DNA of 64,000 nucleotides from the NCBI GenBank assembly GCA_905178155.1, contig CAJINV010000003.1:10411732-10475731 (forward strand), read 5' to 3'. Below the pieces are notes generated by a model. That model had not been told where the DNA came from. It made no database searches and saw only the letters and a program-made list of their open reading frames with translations. Position 1 is the stretch's first letter. Each line of letters begins with the position of its first letter. The translations under genes and the position numbers were made by a program. The stretch comes from Amoebophrya sp. A120 (taxonomy: Eukaryota; Protista; Dinoflagellata). This document shows positions 47,375-58,645 of this stretch, in pieces.

Positions 47375-50300
47375 ATGACAATGGATATGCGAATGTTGCT
47401 GCAGAGGCTGAACCTGGAGTTGGACTGCCCGGAAGACCTGCAGAAGAGCAGTGGATACGATGCGGTTGAAAGCGACGAATTGGCGGAGCGTTTCGACTAT
47501 GCATTCCAAAAGTTGTGCTTGTGTCTTTGCCCTCGTTCTCGTACAACTAATTGCGAGCATGCAACAAGACAGATCAAGTTCTCTCTCTCTCTCTACCTCC
47601 TCTGGCATGAAAAACTGCATTTCTCTTGCTTGTTCTTAAGAACATTGTTTATAAAGCAGGCATAATACATATTTGGAAATTGAATTTGCACGTAGTGGTG
47701 GTGTCGCGGCGATACTTTAATTGCAACGCATAGTCCCGTTTCGCCCTTCCGCTTGCGCACGCTGTTCAGGGAGGTAGACGCGAATGATGACGGTCACTTG
47801 ACGAAGGCGGAATTCTCGAAAATCCTGGCAGTGCTGAGGATCCGCTTCCGCCGGGATCAGCCCGAAAATGTGATTACCGACGTCCCGAATGAGTTGTGGA
47901 CACAATTAGTGGAGCCTTTGCTAGTACTGTTTCCCGGTGCACCAGCTGAAGCTGAAAAAGGTCAAGATGCAGCAGGATCATACGGAGCGAGGCAGCCGCA
48001 TCAACGGGAAGACTCCTGCGGCGGTTCCTCGTTATTGACAAGGACAGCAACGACGGTCGTAACTCACCCTGCGTCAGGGTTTCACTTCCAAGCCTTCCAG
48101 CGTGTCGTGCGCTTGCTGTTTCTGGAAGTCCTTCTGCATGACGACCTGATCGGAGACTTTCAGTTCTTATCAAACAAAAAAACTGGTATGCGTGTAGTAG
48201 CTCTTACTTTGTTGGAGTGGCAAAGCCAACAAACCTCCTGTGCATCTTCACGTTGTTCACGACACTAAATGAAACGACTTGTTATGGTGCATCTGAACCG
48301 CTAGCCCTAGCACATGAAGAAAGAATCACTCCAGGTGAAGATGAAGGAAACGCGATACCAGGATGTCTATCTACGAGGGCAGGCGTAGACACTCTTCTTG
48401 CATGTTCTGGATAAATGCAGAACAGCTTTTTTCTGTGATAGTTTTCGGCGATCGACTACAACGCGGAAACAATACATAGGCGCCGTGTTCTTGACTCTCG
48501 TCTTGTGGTTGAGGGCAATCCCGATCATTTAACAGAAGGCATGATGAAAGACAAGAAGACGACGAAGGACCAAGAAGACGGCGACGAAGGACGCAAGAAC
48601 TGCAACTACAACAGCGCACTGAAGAGAAGTACGCGAGGAGCGGCTCCCCCTCCTCCGAAATTTTTTTCAAGAAAACCTCCGTCATTTTTCCAGCCGGGTG
48701 AATATGTATATGGTGAAGATCCGGCGATCAGAACGACTAGCATGATCAACAGTGATATGCGTTTGAGACCAGCGACGCCGCGGATAACCGCTACTGGAGC
48801 AAGTAGCAAGAGTAAAGGCTCCAACTATAATTTGATTCAGCAGCGCTTCAGCTGTGAGACCATGCGTGACTTCTTGTTGGGCCCACGCGATTCGGACACC
48901 AAGGTTCGGTGGATATCTCTGTCGCACGCGGGAACGGATCCGGGGTGTCGCCTCGCAATGCTGCGACTGGCGGTGAAGTACAATCTTCACCCGTTGGCGG
49001 TCGAATGCGCCCTGTCCCTCCACGAGGAACCCGTGACTGGGCGAGTGATCAAGTATGGTCACAAGCTCCACGATCTCGCAGCTGCCACAAGGAAACCGGG
49101 GTTGAAGAAGACCAACGCCGCATCTTCCCCGCAGCTGCATAAACAACAAGGGCAGGAGCAGGCACCGACGACTTCCTCCTGTTTATGCACTGCCACGCCC
49201 GTGATCCCGTCATCTTTAAAAATGTCTCAGAAATGGCCTCGGGAATGTAAGGCGGAGGCAATTCCCACAACGCCGGCGCCCCTCATTGTGGTTGCAGGGA
49301 AGAGGGGCACACAAGGCGCCGAGCCGGGCCATCGCGAAGCAGCTTCCTCGAGACGCGGCGCCCGCTGCCGTATTTGGCGCATTTTTGTGGCGCGCAATGC
49401 GGGCCGCGGCTGGCGTTGACGTTCGGGCGCCGCCCGTTTGCCCCTTATCCCTTTGCCGGCCTCCCCTTGCATATATGGACGCGAAGTGCCGCAGCGCCAC
49501 ACTTGTGCCGGGCCTATCTGTGCCCGCTTTCGTTTTGTCGCAGGCGCGCCGGCGTCTTGTCCGCAGCCCGGTTCGAAGCATTGCAGGCGCCCCGTCTGCC
49601 CCTGCATTTCCGTCGCCCCGGCGGTTCAGTGCCTGCTCTGACAGGTTGCCTGGGACCTTCAGTGGGGCTGCCTCTGTAAGAAGGCAGTGCGTTGGCCTTG
49701 CCGCTGTTCCTTTCTTTGTTTCTGTGGCAGCCAGGCACGGGCCCGGCCTTGCTTTCTGCGCGGCGGACTGCTATTCTGGCCCTCCTCCCTTGTGGGCGGC
49801 AGGCACGGCCGGCCTCACCCGGGAGGGCAACCAACTGCCGGCCTCCCATTGGTTGGCCGCCTGCCGGCGCCGCTTGGCCACAGCCGGGCGCTTCGTCAGC
49901 CCATTGTCGTGGCGCATTGCTTTCGCACGCGCAGGCGCGCCCCTTGGCGCGGGGGGGATTTTGCCCTGCTTCTCTAGATCACAGGGCCACCGTGTCACGC
50001 GCGTGACACGGGCGGACCCGGCTTCGTTTTTTCTCGTCTCTTGCTGGTCTTGGGTGGTTTGGTGGCAAGCAGTATTGCTTCAGTCAGTTTCCCTCCGCTT
50101 CTACCGCCAAAGCCCAGGGCGCTGCCACGTGTGTGTGTCTATGATTTGCATCCAAGGCAGTCTTGGATCTGGGGTGAAGGCCTGCCTCAGCCCGCGAGCC
50201 CTTCCTGGCTTCTGCCAGCCGGACCGGCCGCCGGCCGACAGTCAGCCAGGCAGGCGCCCCCGCGCGGGCCGTGTTGGCCTTGCTTGGATGCAAGTGCCGG

Positions 50301-53300
50301 CGAAGGCGTTGCAGCGGCTTCTAGGCAAAGCCGAACCGTATGAAGCTAATGGGGCTGTTGAACTCACTGGCGCAGCCACTGGCGCCATGTGTGGCGCCGC
50401 TCCTCTCCCTCGGCACGACTTAGGCGCCCCCTTCACCAATGAGAGCGGCGGCCAGCAGCCGGCTGAAGCAGCAGCCGCCGGAGTTCGCGAGCGCGGCCCC
50501 CAGACCCAGAGTCCGACGATGATGAGCGTTGAGGAGCTTCAGCGCCCCGATTACAGCTGGCCCTTTGTAGATATTGCGTAGAGCAAAACTCTATTTGGCT
50601 TGTGGAGGCCACACGTTGTAAGCTATTTGGCTTGTGGAGGCCACATGTTGTGAATCAGTCAGAATCAGAAACGTCGCGAATGAGAATCAGAATCATGGTG
50701 AATGTGAATCGGGCTACGGTAGTAAAAAGACCGCGAATGAAGCGAAAAAAATTGAAAGGACCGGGCCAAGAAAGTAGGCAAAAAAAAAGGCCAAAGCGAA
50801 GCCACACGCGCTGCCGGGTGCCGCATTTCTGTAAAGGGAGGAAAAACGGCGAGGCCTTCGCATTTTTTTCTTTGGGGAAAAAACCTGAGAGCGTTTGCAT
50901 TTTTTTCCTTCAGGGAAAAACCTAAAAAAGTTCGCGCGATTTTCTTTTACAAAAAAACCAAAAAAGCTGCGCGCGATTTTCTATTACAAAAAAACCAAAA
51001 AAGTTGCGCGCGATTTTCTTTTACAAAAAAACCCAAAAAAGTTGCGCGGGATTCCCCCCTCGAAAAAAACCAAAACCGAAGACGGGCCATTTTCCCTGCC
51101 TTTCCCCGATGGTATGAGGCCGATCAGGCCGGCGATTTTTCACATTTCTGGCCTTTAGAAAATCGCGCGCAGCTTTTTGGGTTTTTTTGTAATAGAAAAT
51201 CGCGCGCAACTTTTTTGGTTTTTTTGTAATAGAAAATCGCGCGCAGCTTTATTGGTTTTTTTCTAAAAGAAAATCGCGCGAACTTTTTTAGGTTTTTCCC
51301 TGAAGGAAAAAAATGCAAACGCTTTCAGGTTTTTTCCTGAAGGAGAAAAATGCAAAAGCCGCGACGACATTTTTTCCCCAATAGCAGAAATGGCGCCACG
51401 ATTTTCCGCGTTTCGGCTTTTTCTGGTGTTGCTTTTTCGCGGGTTTCGCAGTGCCCTTGCTGGTTTTTTTTCAGCTTTTCAGGATGCCCCTCATTCGTCT
51501 CATATATTCGGCAAGAATTGCCGTACGGATCAAGTTCATAACGATCGCCACAGCCACCCGAGAGTGAGGGAATCGATGGCAAATCCGTCCGAGATTGATT
51601 CGATCGATCTCGGGCGCGGGCCGTTGCGCCGTGGCGAACGAGTCAGATCCTGTGAAAAAGGTGCCTTTGCGTGAAGGCTGCAAAGGGTCAAAATTTTCGC
51701 GAAACTGCGAAGGAGATCCGCGGCGCGGCAGTATTGCCGTCCTTTCCGGTGTTATGTTGCAAGGCCGCGGCATTTCCAAAGCAGTTGCGGAGTGATCTAC
51801 AGAGCAGGCCCAGAGCGCCCCTCGCGCGTCTCATATCTCGGATGGATGTTCTGCAGAGCACGCCCAGGCCGATTGCTAAGACTGGGCACGTGAATACTGT
51901 CGGTCGGTCCGACGGAGGGGGGCCGGAATGGTTGGCCGGCGCTTCGGGCAGTTCTTCGGGATTTGGGCGCGGCCAGTGAGCACGCAGCGAACGAAGGGGC
52001 GAAGAACTGTGGCGGGCGGAGAGTCCGGCGCAAGATTGTGCAGGTTTTTGCGGGTAAAGAGCAGGGCTGTGGAAGCCCGGCCGGCCCGGCCGCCGGGCTC
52101 AGGATGTAGAAGCTTCGCGCGCCGCAGCTGTCGCGTGCGACCTTGGCCGGCGACACCTACCGCACTGCGTTGATGGTAGGCGGCCCGGTGTGTGCCTTTG
52201 CAGGGGCAGGCCGCTGGCCCGGCGCGCTAGCTACCTAGCTGGGCACCCGGGGCAAGGCCGCCGATTGGGGGATGTGGGGAGGGTTGGGCCCGGTTTTTCT
52301 TTCTTCAGGGAAATCGTATGGGGGGGAAGAAGCCAGGGCCCCTCTCGGTTTTCCCCAAGGCGACCTGCTTGGCGTGTTTCTTACAAGCGCACAAGCAAAG
52401 GCGCGTCGGCGCGCTGGTTTGTATGTTCGCAGAAAGAAATTAGGAAACACGGCCCGCGCAACAGACGCAGGCCGCGGCGCGTGCTCGGACGGGCGGGCCG
52501 CACTGTGTGGGCCGCGCGCTCGCATGCGCGCCCTGTCAGCCGGCCACCAGCCGTCGCACGGATTGCCAGCCGGCCACCAGCTTTCTTTGCGCGCTGGGCG
52601 ACCACCTTTGTCCTAACCAGCGCGCAACACCCTCCGAGGGGCGCTCCCCGTTTTTCCGAACCGTGGCGCCATCGTGTCACGCGTGTGACGCGAGCGGCAT
52701 GCGCTTCAGTTTCGCAGCGTGGTGGCGTAGGGCGCGCGCCCCGGGGGTTCGCCGGGTCTGTGGTTTTGGGTCTATATCTATTGCCCGCGCCCAATCTTCG
52801 CGCCGGCCGGCGGTCCGCCCATGTAGGTTGTCCAGGACGGCGCAGATAATTCCCGTGGCCCGTCATTCCGTTGCTATGGCGTGCTCATCGTGTCGCGCGT
52901 CAGTGATGTGCGACGTATAAAAGCGACCAAGGCGATGACTCCGATGCGCGGCGATATATGCAAAGTCGGGACATTTCTGAGCAGATTCCTGGAGCATTCC
53001 TGAGGCATTTCCAGACCCCCTCTGATCACGGGCGGTCCGTGAGTAACCTGCTCGCGGTCATGCGCCACCAGTGGCGGAGACCCCGGCCCCCTCAGTGTTG
53101 GCACGACAACAGCACCGACGCCAGCCCCAGCCTTTGACGAAGAGACCCAGGGCGAGCACTGGTTCGTAAATGTGCCACTGTTTCGACTTTCGCGCCGGTC
53201 GGAGGCGGGGCTGCAGGAAGAGCAACAGACCACCGATCTGGATGAGGTTGTGAACCGGCGGTGCTCCGCGAGAGGACGCCAATCGAAAAGCAGCATAACA

Positions 53301-55439
53301 AAATGGAGTGGAGGTAAACGTAAGCAGGCTCGTACCAGCAGAACTAGGGTTCTGAGCGCCACGTCTCGGAGCACGAGCGCTTCCGACACGGACAATTGTG
53401 CGTCTTCTGACAGCTGCGACAGCCACGATGAAGAAGGTCGCGCAGCATATTGCTATCATGGAGATGAAGAGCAAGAGGTGCAGCTGCGCCAACATTATCC
53501 TAGGAAACTGAGGGGAAAAGCAGAAGCACAAGTACATCAACCACGGCGCTTTGTCAATGGCGATCCACCCCCGGGTCGAAGTTTCGTCGGTTATGGGAAC
53601 GCTTTCGATTTTTACCGAAAAGGAAAATGTAAATGTGGATCAGACGAATTCGAGTCTGGACTCGGACGACACGCAGGCGCAGTACGCACGGCGCGGAGAG
53701 GGGCGCCCGCTGAAAAAGAGGGATCCTGTTCTTGGAGTAGGCTTTTCTTGTCCTGTTGTCGTCGCTGGAAAGATCAAAGTAATAGCCACAACCAGTTGCG
53801 CCATCAGCAAGCCCGCTATACGAATTGCGGACATATAGTTCCGGATGATTACCCTTTGCAGATCGAGGTGGAAAGATCCAACCTGGGGCTGTTTATCGCT
53901 GGCAAACCAGACTTCGATACCTTGCTCACGGTTACCACGGATTGGCAACGAACACGCATCCGACCTACATCTACTTTCCTGCAGGCTGCAGGAAGCGTAG
54001 AGGGGAGTAGACTGTCACATGGAAGACCGCATAAGCGTCTAACTGCCAGGAGCCGAGCAAGGAGTGTAACGCAGTGGCGGTGGCAGAGAGGTGCAGGAGA
54101 TACAGAGCCACATCGCGGCCAGCGCAAACATCAAGGAAGACTCTCCCCGCAGAACTCAGTTGGCGAGTCTTTTTACTTCACTTCGCCACTTCTGGCGAAC
54201 GAAACATACTACGATCACGTGATTGGTAAGAAACGGCAGGAGAACAACTGCAATAAGAATAAACGGCAGCAGAGCAACTGCACGTCAGGAAAAAAACCGA
54301 CCCTTCTCTCATCTGCAGATGACGACGTGAAGGCCTACGAAGCTCCAAAAAGGAACAGGAGGGGCCCTGTTGTTCCGCCAGAATGCAAGAATAATATGTA
54401 CTACCACGCTGTCCCTGTCGCGCAGTCGCAGTATAATTTCCGTCCTACCCCCCCTTCCTCGCTGAGGTCGCCCGACCAAGGGCGGTATGCTGAAGATCGG
54501 TCTGCACCATTTTCCAACAATCGCGAATCTGATTTGGCAAGACTGGAAGGAATCGGCGACCCCTTTTCCCGCGTGTCCCTCAATCTGCTCAAGCCGTACT
54601 CGATGGTGCGGCAAGGAAATGTGAGCTGGCTGATCTACTCTATCCTGGATTCTTGCGTCGATATGCTGATACCAATTGGTGAGGCCTTTGAGACGCAACT
54701 GGAGGTGACCTCCTTGCGGCTGTGCGCACTGGAGAATCGACTCCCAATCGTCGAGGTAAAGCGCCTGTTGTTGCTGCAGCGGCACTTAGACTGGTTTCAG
54801 AGTGAGCTGCGTCCCCTCAGTCGCGTGCTGCAGCAACTGATTCGGGAGGAGCAAGAGGGCGTAGCGGGATCGGATGGCGAGCTGCGGCGGTATTTGGAGG
54901 ACGTAGACGACCACCTGGCCGGATTTCTCATGCAACTGGCGGCCCAGAGCCGCCTGTGCACTAGTCTCAAACAGGAACACGAGACGTACCGAGAGAACAA
55001 GGAAAACTCCGTGCTTTTTTTGCTCACCCTGGTCACGGTAGCGTGTCTGCCGATGCAGGCCTGGGCCGACTACTTTGGAATGAACTTTCAGAATGCTGAA
55101 GGGAAGCAAGGAGATCCTTTGCTCGCACTCGGTGGCTACGTATCGACGAGGAGAAAAAGTTTGTCATGATTACCCATGCCCATGTGCAGTTTTGCAATAC
55201 AAAATTGTCGTGCTGATGCGTAAGAATGCACTTTACATCAAGGAAAAGCTATCTGTGATGCCACTAAAGTTGAAGTTGTTGTATTTCATGCAAAACCAGC
55301 GGAATCAATCTGATTCTGAATCAATTGCGACTGCGACGACCTTTTTTTTCTGTTTCCATATGAGGGCGTGCTCGTGTACTGGGTTCTCGTCTTTGTCTGC
55401 ACCGCGGGGCTTCTGCTCGTTGTCGGAACGCGCATGTAG
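47375..55439 (+). CDS. CorA-family Mg2+ transporter with an N-terminal EF-hand; multi-exon
   Basis: EF-hand DANDDGHLTKAEF; VRWISL, KYNLHPLAVECAL, HWFVNVP, LIYSILDSCVD, YLEDVDDHL, TM1 with FGMNF, TM2 exon 55365-55439. Confidence 0.88.
47498..47737 (+). other. 240-nt non-canonical intron (TATGC...GCATA plus 5 nt)
   Basis: Join gives ERFD|VSPFRLRTLF in frame. Confidence 0.65.
49183..53046. mobile_element. 3.86-kb TTAT...GTAA TIR element inside the CorA coding region
   Basis: Imperfect TIR including CGCCCGTGATC/GATCACGGGCG; flanks CCTGT/CCTGC; removal gives TSSC|SRSC in frame. Confidence 0.85.
50810..51410. repeat. Large central inverted repeat within the CorA element
   Basis: Arms ~50875-51045 and ~51157-51340 nearly identical (the same peptide appears on both strands); similarity decays outward. 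Confidence 0.9.
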
Positions 55440-56308
55440 ATGGGAACTGGAACAAGGTAGAGACGAACTCCGCGACCGGTCAAGGCCCCATCATTTCGAT
55501 TGGTGGCACTGAGTCTAGCGACTTCGACTTTCGGCGCTTGTTGATTAATTTCTATTTCATTTTTATTCCTCATCGCGTTCGCGCTTGACGAGATTCGGAT
55601 TAAGAAGGAGAACTATTTTTTTTCCGGCGCCGACTGTTGGATGGACGGAGCTGCGGATTGGGGATGATCGCAGGTTTCTGTATAATCGGTTGCTGCCTTT
55701 CCTCCAGTTGTGGTGCTGGATGTGATTAGTATGAAAGCCACTGAAAAAGGTCTGTAACAAAAGGAAACAAGAAGAAGACGAGGAAAATAGAAATACTCCG
55801 ATGAGTATCAGAGTAGCTGATGTTCTTTGATGCGTCAATGTCAAATAGAAGTATGGCGCAGCTCCCCTTACTTTATTTGGTTTAATACAGATTTTCTGGT
55901 GCGTCAATCCATTCGCCCTGTCAAATATCGCTAATCCTAATTTTTTCACCCTTGCAATGACGAATGAGTCGTCCTTCAGCATCTATTTGTTCATCTTCTG
56001 ATGCTTACATACATCAAATGTTTTATATTTATCTTCCTTGCATGTAGCTGCACGTGACTTTTGGTTTTTTTTTCTGCTTCTTGGATTGTGTGTCGAGCAT
56101 TGGTTGGTTAACTCATCAGTCACAGCTTGCCGCGATGTGATCATCTTTTTGGGGCTCCCATGCGTATTGTCCTCCACGCTGTCGACCCACAAAAATCAAA
56201 AGAAAAATCAAAATGAGTGCAGGAGCACGCGATCGCCTCCCCCTACACTTGCAGTAAAATCAGTTCTTATACCATCCCAATACTAAGTTCGTACGCAAAT
56301 GCAGGATC

Positions 56309-58645
56309 GTGATATTCAAGACATTGAGAATGGTGTGGAAAACAATGACGAATTGGCGTTCCGAGGAAGAAGGAGAAGCATCTTCGCGCGCTAGTAAGTC
56401 TTTCGAGCAAAGAAGAGCCCCATGGGCAGGCCGAGGGCAAACACGAATCGTCTATAATCCTAATCGGACGTCGTGTGGTCACTTTTTTCGCAGCTCAACA
56501 TGGTTGACCCGGCATGACCGGAGGGCGAGTGTCTATTTTCTTCACACATCCGTAGACTATGAGGCGTGGCGTGGACGTTGGAGACCTCCTGGATGCGAGA
56601 ATTATTTTAGGGTCAAGAAAAGACGAGACACGGTGGAGGGGACGGCGGGAAAGCGAAACAAGGACAGAGCTGAGCTACCTCTGGCATCGTCAGCAAGGTC
56701 GAGGAGAAGAGGAAATATTTTTTGGGATCTCCCTGAAATGGAGCCGTGGTTCTTACTTTTGTACTCTATATCTATAATCTTGTGGCTGGCGTTTCGGTTT
56801 CAGTTGGAAGCGCAGGCTGTATCACGACAGCAAGGGCTTTGCGTTTTCGCAGCGACGCCTCCGATACCCGCCACTTTCGCGGAACAAGAGCGGGAACAGC
56901 TCCCGGAGGTACAGAGGGCCGCTCTGTGTGAGCTGAAGAAGGCGATATGGGAGAAGAATCCGGAGTACCTCTTCTACACGCAGAAGGCATTTCCGGCGGC
57001 CGAGCAAGCGGACTTGAGCCGGCGCCCCTACGAGCTTTTTCGTCTCCTTCCAATCGACGTCCCGCCTGAGTTGGTTCCCCACCGGCAGCGGACGTGTGCT
57101 GTTGTCGGCTCCAGTGGCGTTCTTGCAAAGCATCAATTAGGAAAGCACATCGACGCACACGATGTCGTCCTGAGAGTGAACGGCGCCCCTGCCGGCAACC
57201 GCGATCACAGCCAGCATTTGTCTGCACGACCGGTAGCTACATCGGCTGCTGCAAGAAGGAGCACAGAGAAACCACTGTCCAAGGATGTAGAATTGGGTCC
57301 TCTAGAGGACAGCAGCACACAGGACGCGGGCGAGGTCTACTCGGAGCAACTCGCGTCTATTGCCGGCACGCGCACGGACATTCGCCTCGTGAACGGCTGG
57401 CACATCTCGGAAGCAAAGCCCTATGTGTATGGAGTAGAGTCCACGAAGATAGTGGACTGGCCGCGGAAAGAAGTGCATGGAGAGGAGATTCTCCACTGGC
57501 GCAATCGAGACACCGTCGGTGACATCTTGGTCGGTGTTCTCCCGACCTCGGTCTACAAAAACGGGTTCTACGAGGGCGCCGATTTTACAAAATTCTCGTA
57601 CTGGATGAAGTACCTGGGAATCCGTCGCAAGGACATGCGAGACTACGAGTTTGCGTCCGCCTTGGGGCATGTGCGGACGGACCGTACTGACGGGCAGGGT
57701 ACGGGGGGGCCCACCGATACTTTCTGGGAGAGTATGTTGCACCTTGACAAGTTCTCGTCCACACGGCAGCACTTGCTCATTCAGGCTCGCAAGCTGCTGG
57801 AGCGAGATGGGCGGGCGGAAATGAAGAAATCGCACGTATACCGAAAGTTGCAGCGTCTCCGGAAGAAGCTACGGCAGAACTTGAGCACCTGGATTGCGCT
57901 GGCGAAGGAGAGGCGGACTATGTTGATCGCACAAAATAGATTGAACGACACTTGGAGCGAGGAAGCGCTGGTCGGTCCCTGGCTTGACTTGGATAACATA
58001 GAAGAGTTCGAACGTGAGCGAATTGATGAGGAAACCGCAGCAGCCGGTCGTCTTCTCAAGGACGAAAATGAGGCTGAGCAAGACGATACTGACCAGCTCG
58101 TAGATCATATTCATACCCTGTCGTTGCCGAGAGACAATAGACACGGAATAAACAACGTCGACGTGACGAGTGCACGAGACAGCACCAGCAGCAAGATCAA
58201 AGCCACGGAAGCGGTAGATCCTTTAGCAGTGGAGTACGCCCGAGAATACACGGATCTCCAGCCAGACAGCTTGCCATATTACTTGCTCACGCCGAACTTG
58301 CTTACCGGACTACAAAAATTTTTGAACGACTTCAAGCCCTCTGGCCCCAGCACCGGGGCTCTGGGAATCGGGTTGGCTTTGCACCTCTGCAACACCGTAG
58401 ACCTCTACGGCTTCGAGTCCGGCGTCGACGGAATGCAGGAACCGACAGAAGTCAAAGCCCATTATTGGGACGAAGGTATGGATCCTCAGAGGCGCACCGA
58501 GATGCAACAAGCGCACCCGATTCTCAGCGAGGAAAAGCGATGGCAGCAGCTCCGTATTCCCCACCCAGATAACCTACCGGGACTCATGCGCATCCCGGGT
58601 CTTGGCAGATTGGACGCCGCCTCGGAGGACTGTGCGAAAGTATGA
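56309..58645 (+). CDS. Glycosyltransferase family 29 (sialyltransferase-like) type II membrane protein; true start uncertain
   Basis: Sialylmotif L (TCAVVGSSGVL...IDAHDVVLRVNGAP...GTRT), S (PSTGALGIGLALHLCNTVDLYGF), III (HYWD), VS-like (AHPILSEEK); TM WFLLLYSISIILWLAF. Confidence 0.9.
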   Translation: MIFKTLRMVWKTMTNWRSEEEGEASSRASKSFEQRRAPWAGRGQTRIVYNPNRTSCGHFFRSSTWLTRHDRRASVYFLHTSVDYEAWRGRWRPPGCENYFRVKKRRDTVEGTAGKRNKDRAELPLASSARSRRRGNIFWDLPEMEPWFLLLYSISIILWLAFRFQLEAQAVSRQQGLCVFAATPPIPATFAEQEREQLPEVQRAALCELKKAIWEKNPEYLFYTQKAFPAAEQADLSRRPYELFRLLPIDVPPELVPHRQRTCAVVGSSGVLAKHQLGKHIDAHDVVLRVNGAPAGNRDHSQHLSARPVATSAAARRSTEKPLSKDVELGPLEDSSTQDAGEVYSEQLASIAGTRTDIRLVNGWHISEAKPYVYGVESTKIVDWPRKEVHGEEILHWRNRDTVGDILVGVLPTSVYKNGFYEGADFTKFSYWMKYLGIRRKDMRDYEFASALGHVRTDRTDGQGTGGPTDTFWESMLHLDKFSSTRQHLLIQARKLLERDGRAEMKKSHVYRKLQRLRKKLRQNLSTWIALAKERRTMLIAQNRLNDTWSEEALVGPWLDLDNIEEFERERIDEETAAAGRLLKDENEAEQDDTDQLVDHIHTLSLPRDNRHGINNVDVTSARDSTSSKIKATEAVDPLAVEYAREYTDLQPDSLPYYLLTPNLLTGLQKFLNDFKPSGPSTGALGIGLALHLCNTVDLYGFESGVDGMQEPTEVKAHYWDEGMDPQRRTEMQQAHPILSEEKRWQQLRIPHPDNLPGLMRIPGLGRLDAASEDCAKV

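Noticed and set aside
49286-50581. 431-aa ORF as a transposase
   Set aside because: Arg/Ala/Pro-rich product of GC-rich DNA with no DDE, tyrosine recombinase, HUH or RT motifs
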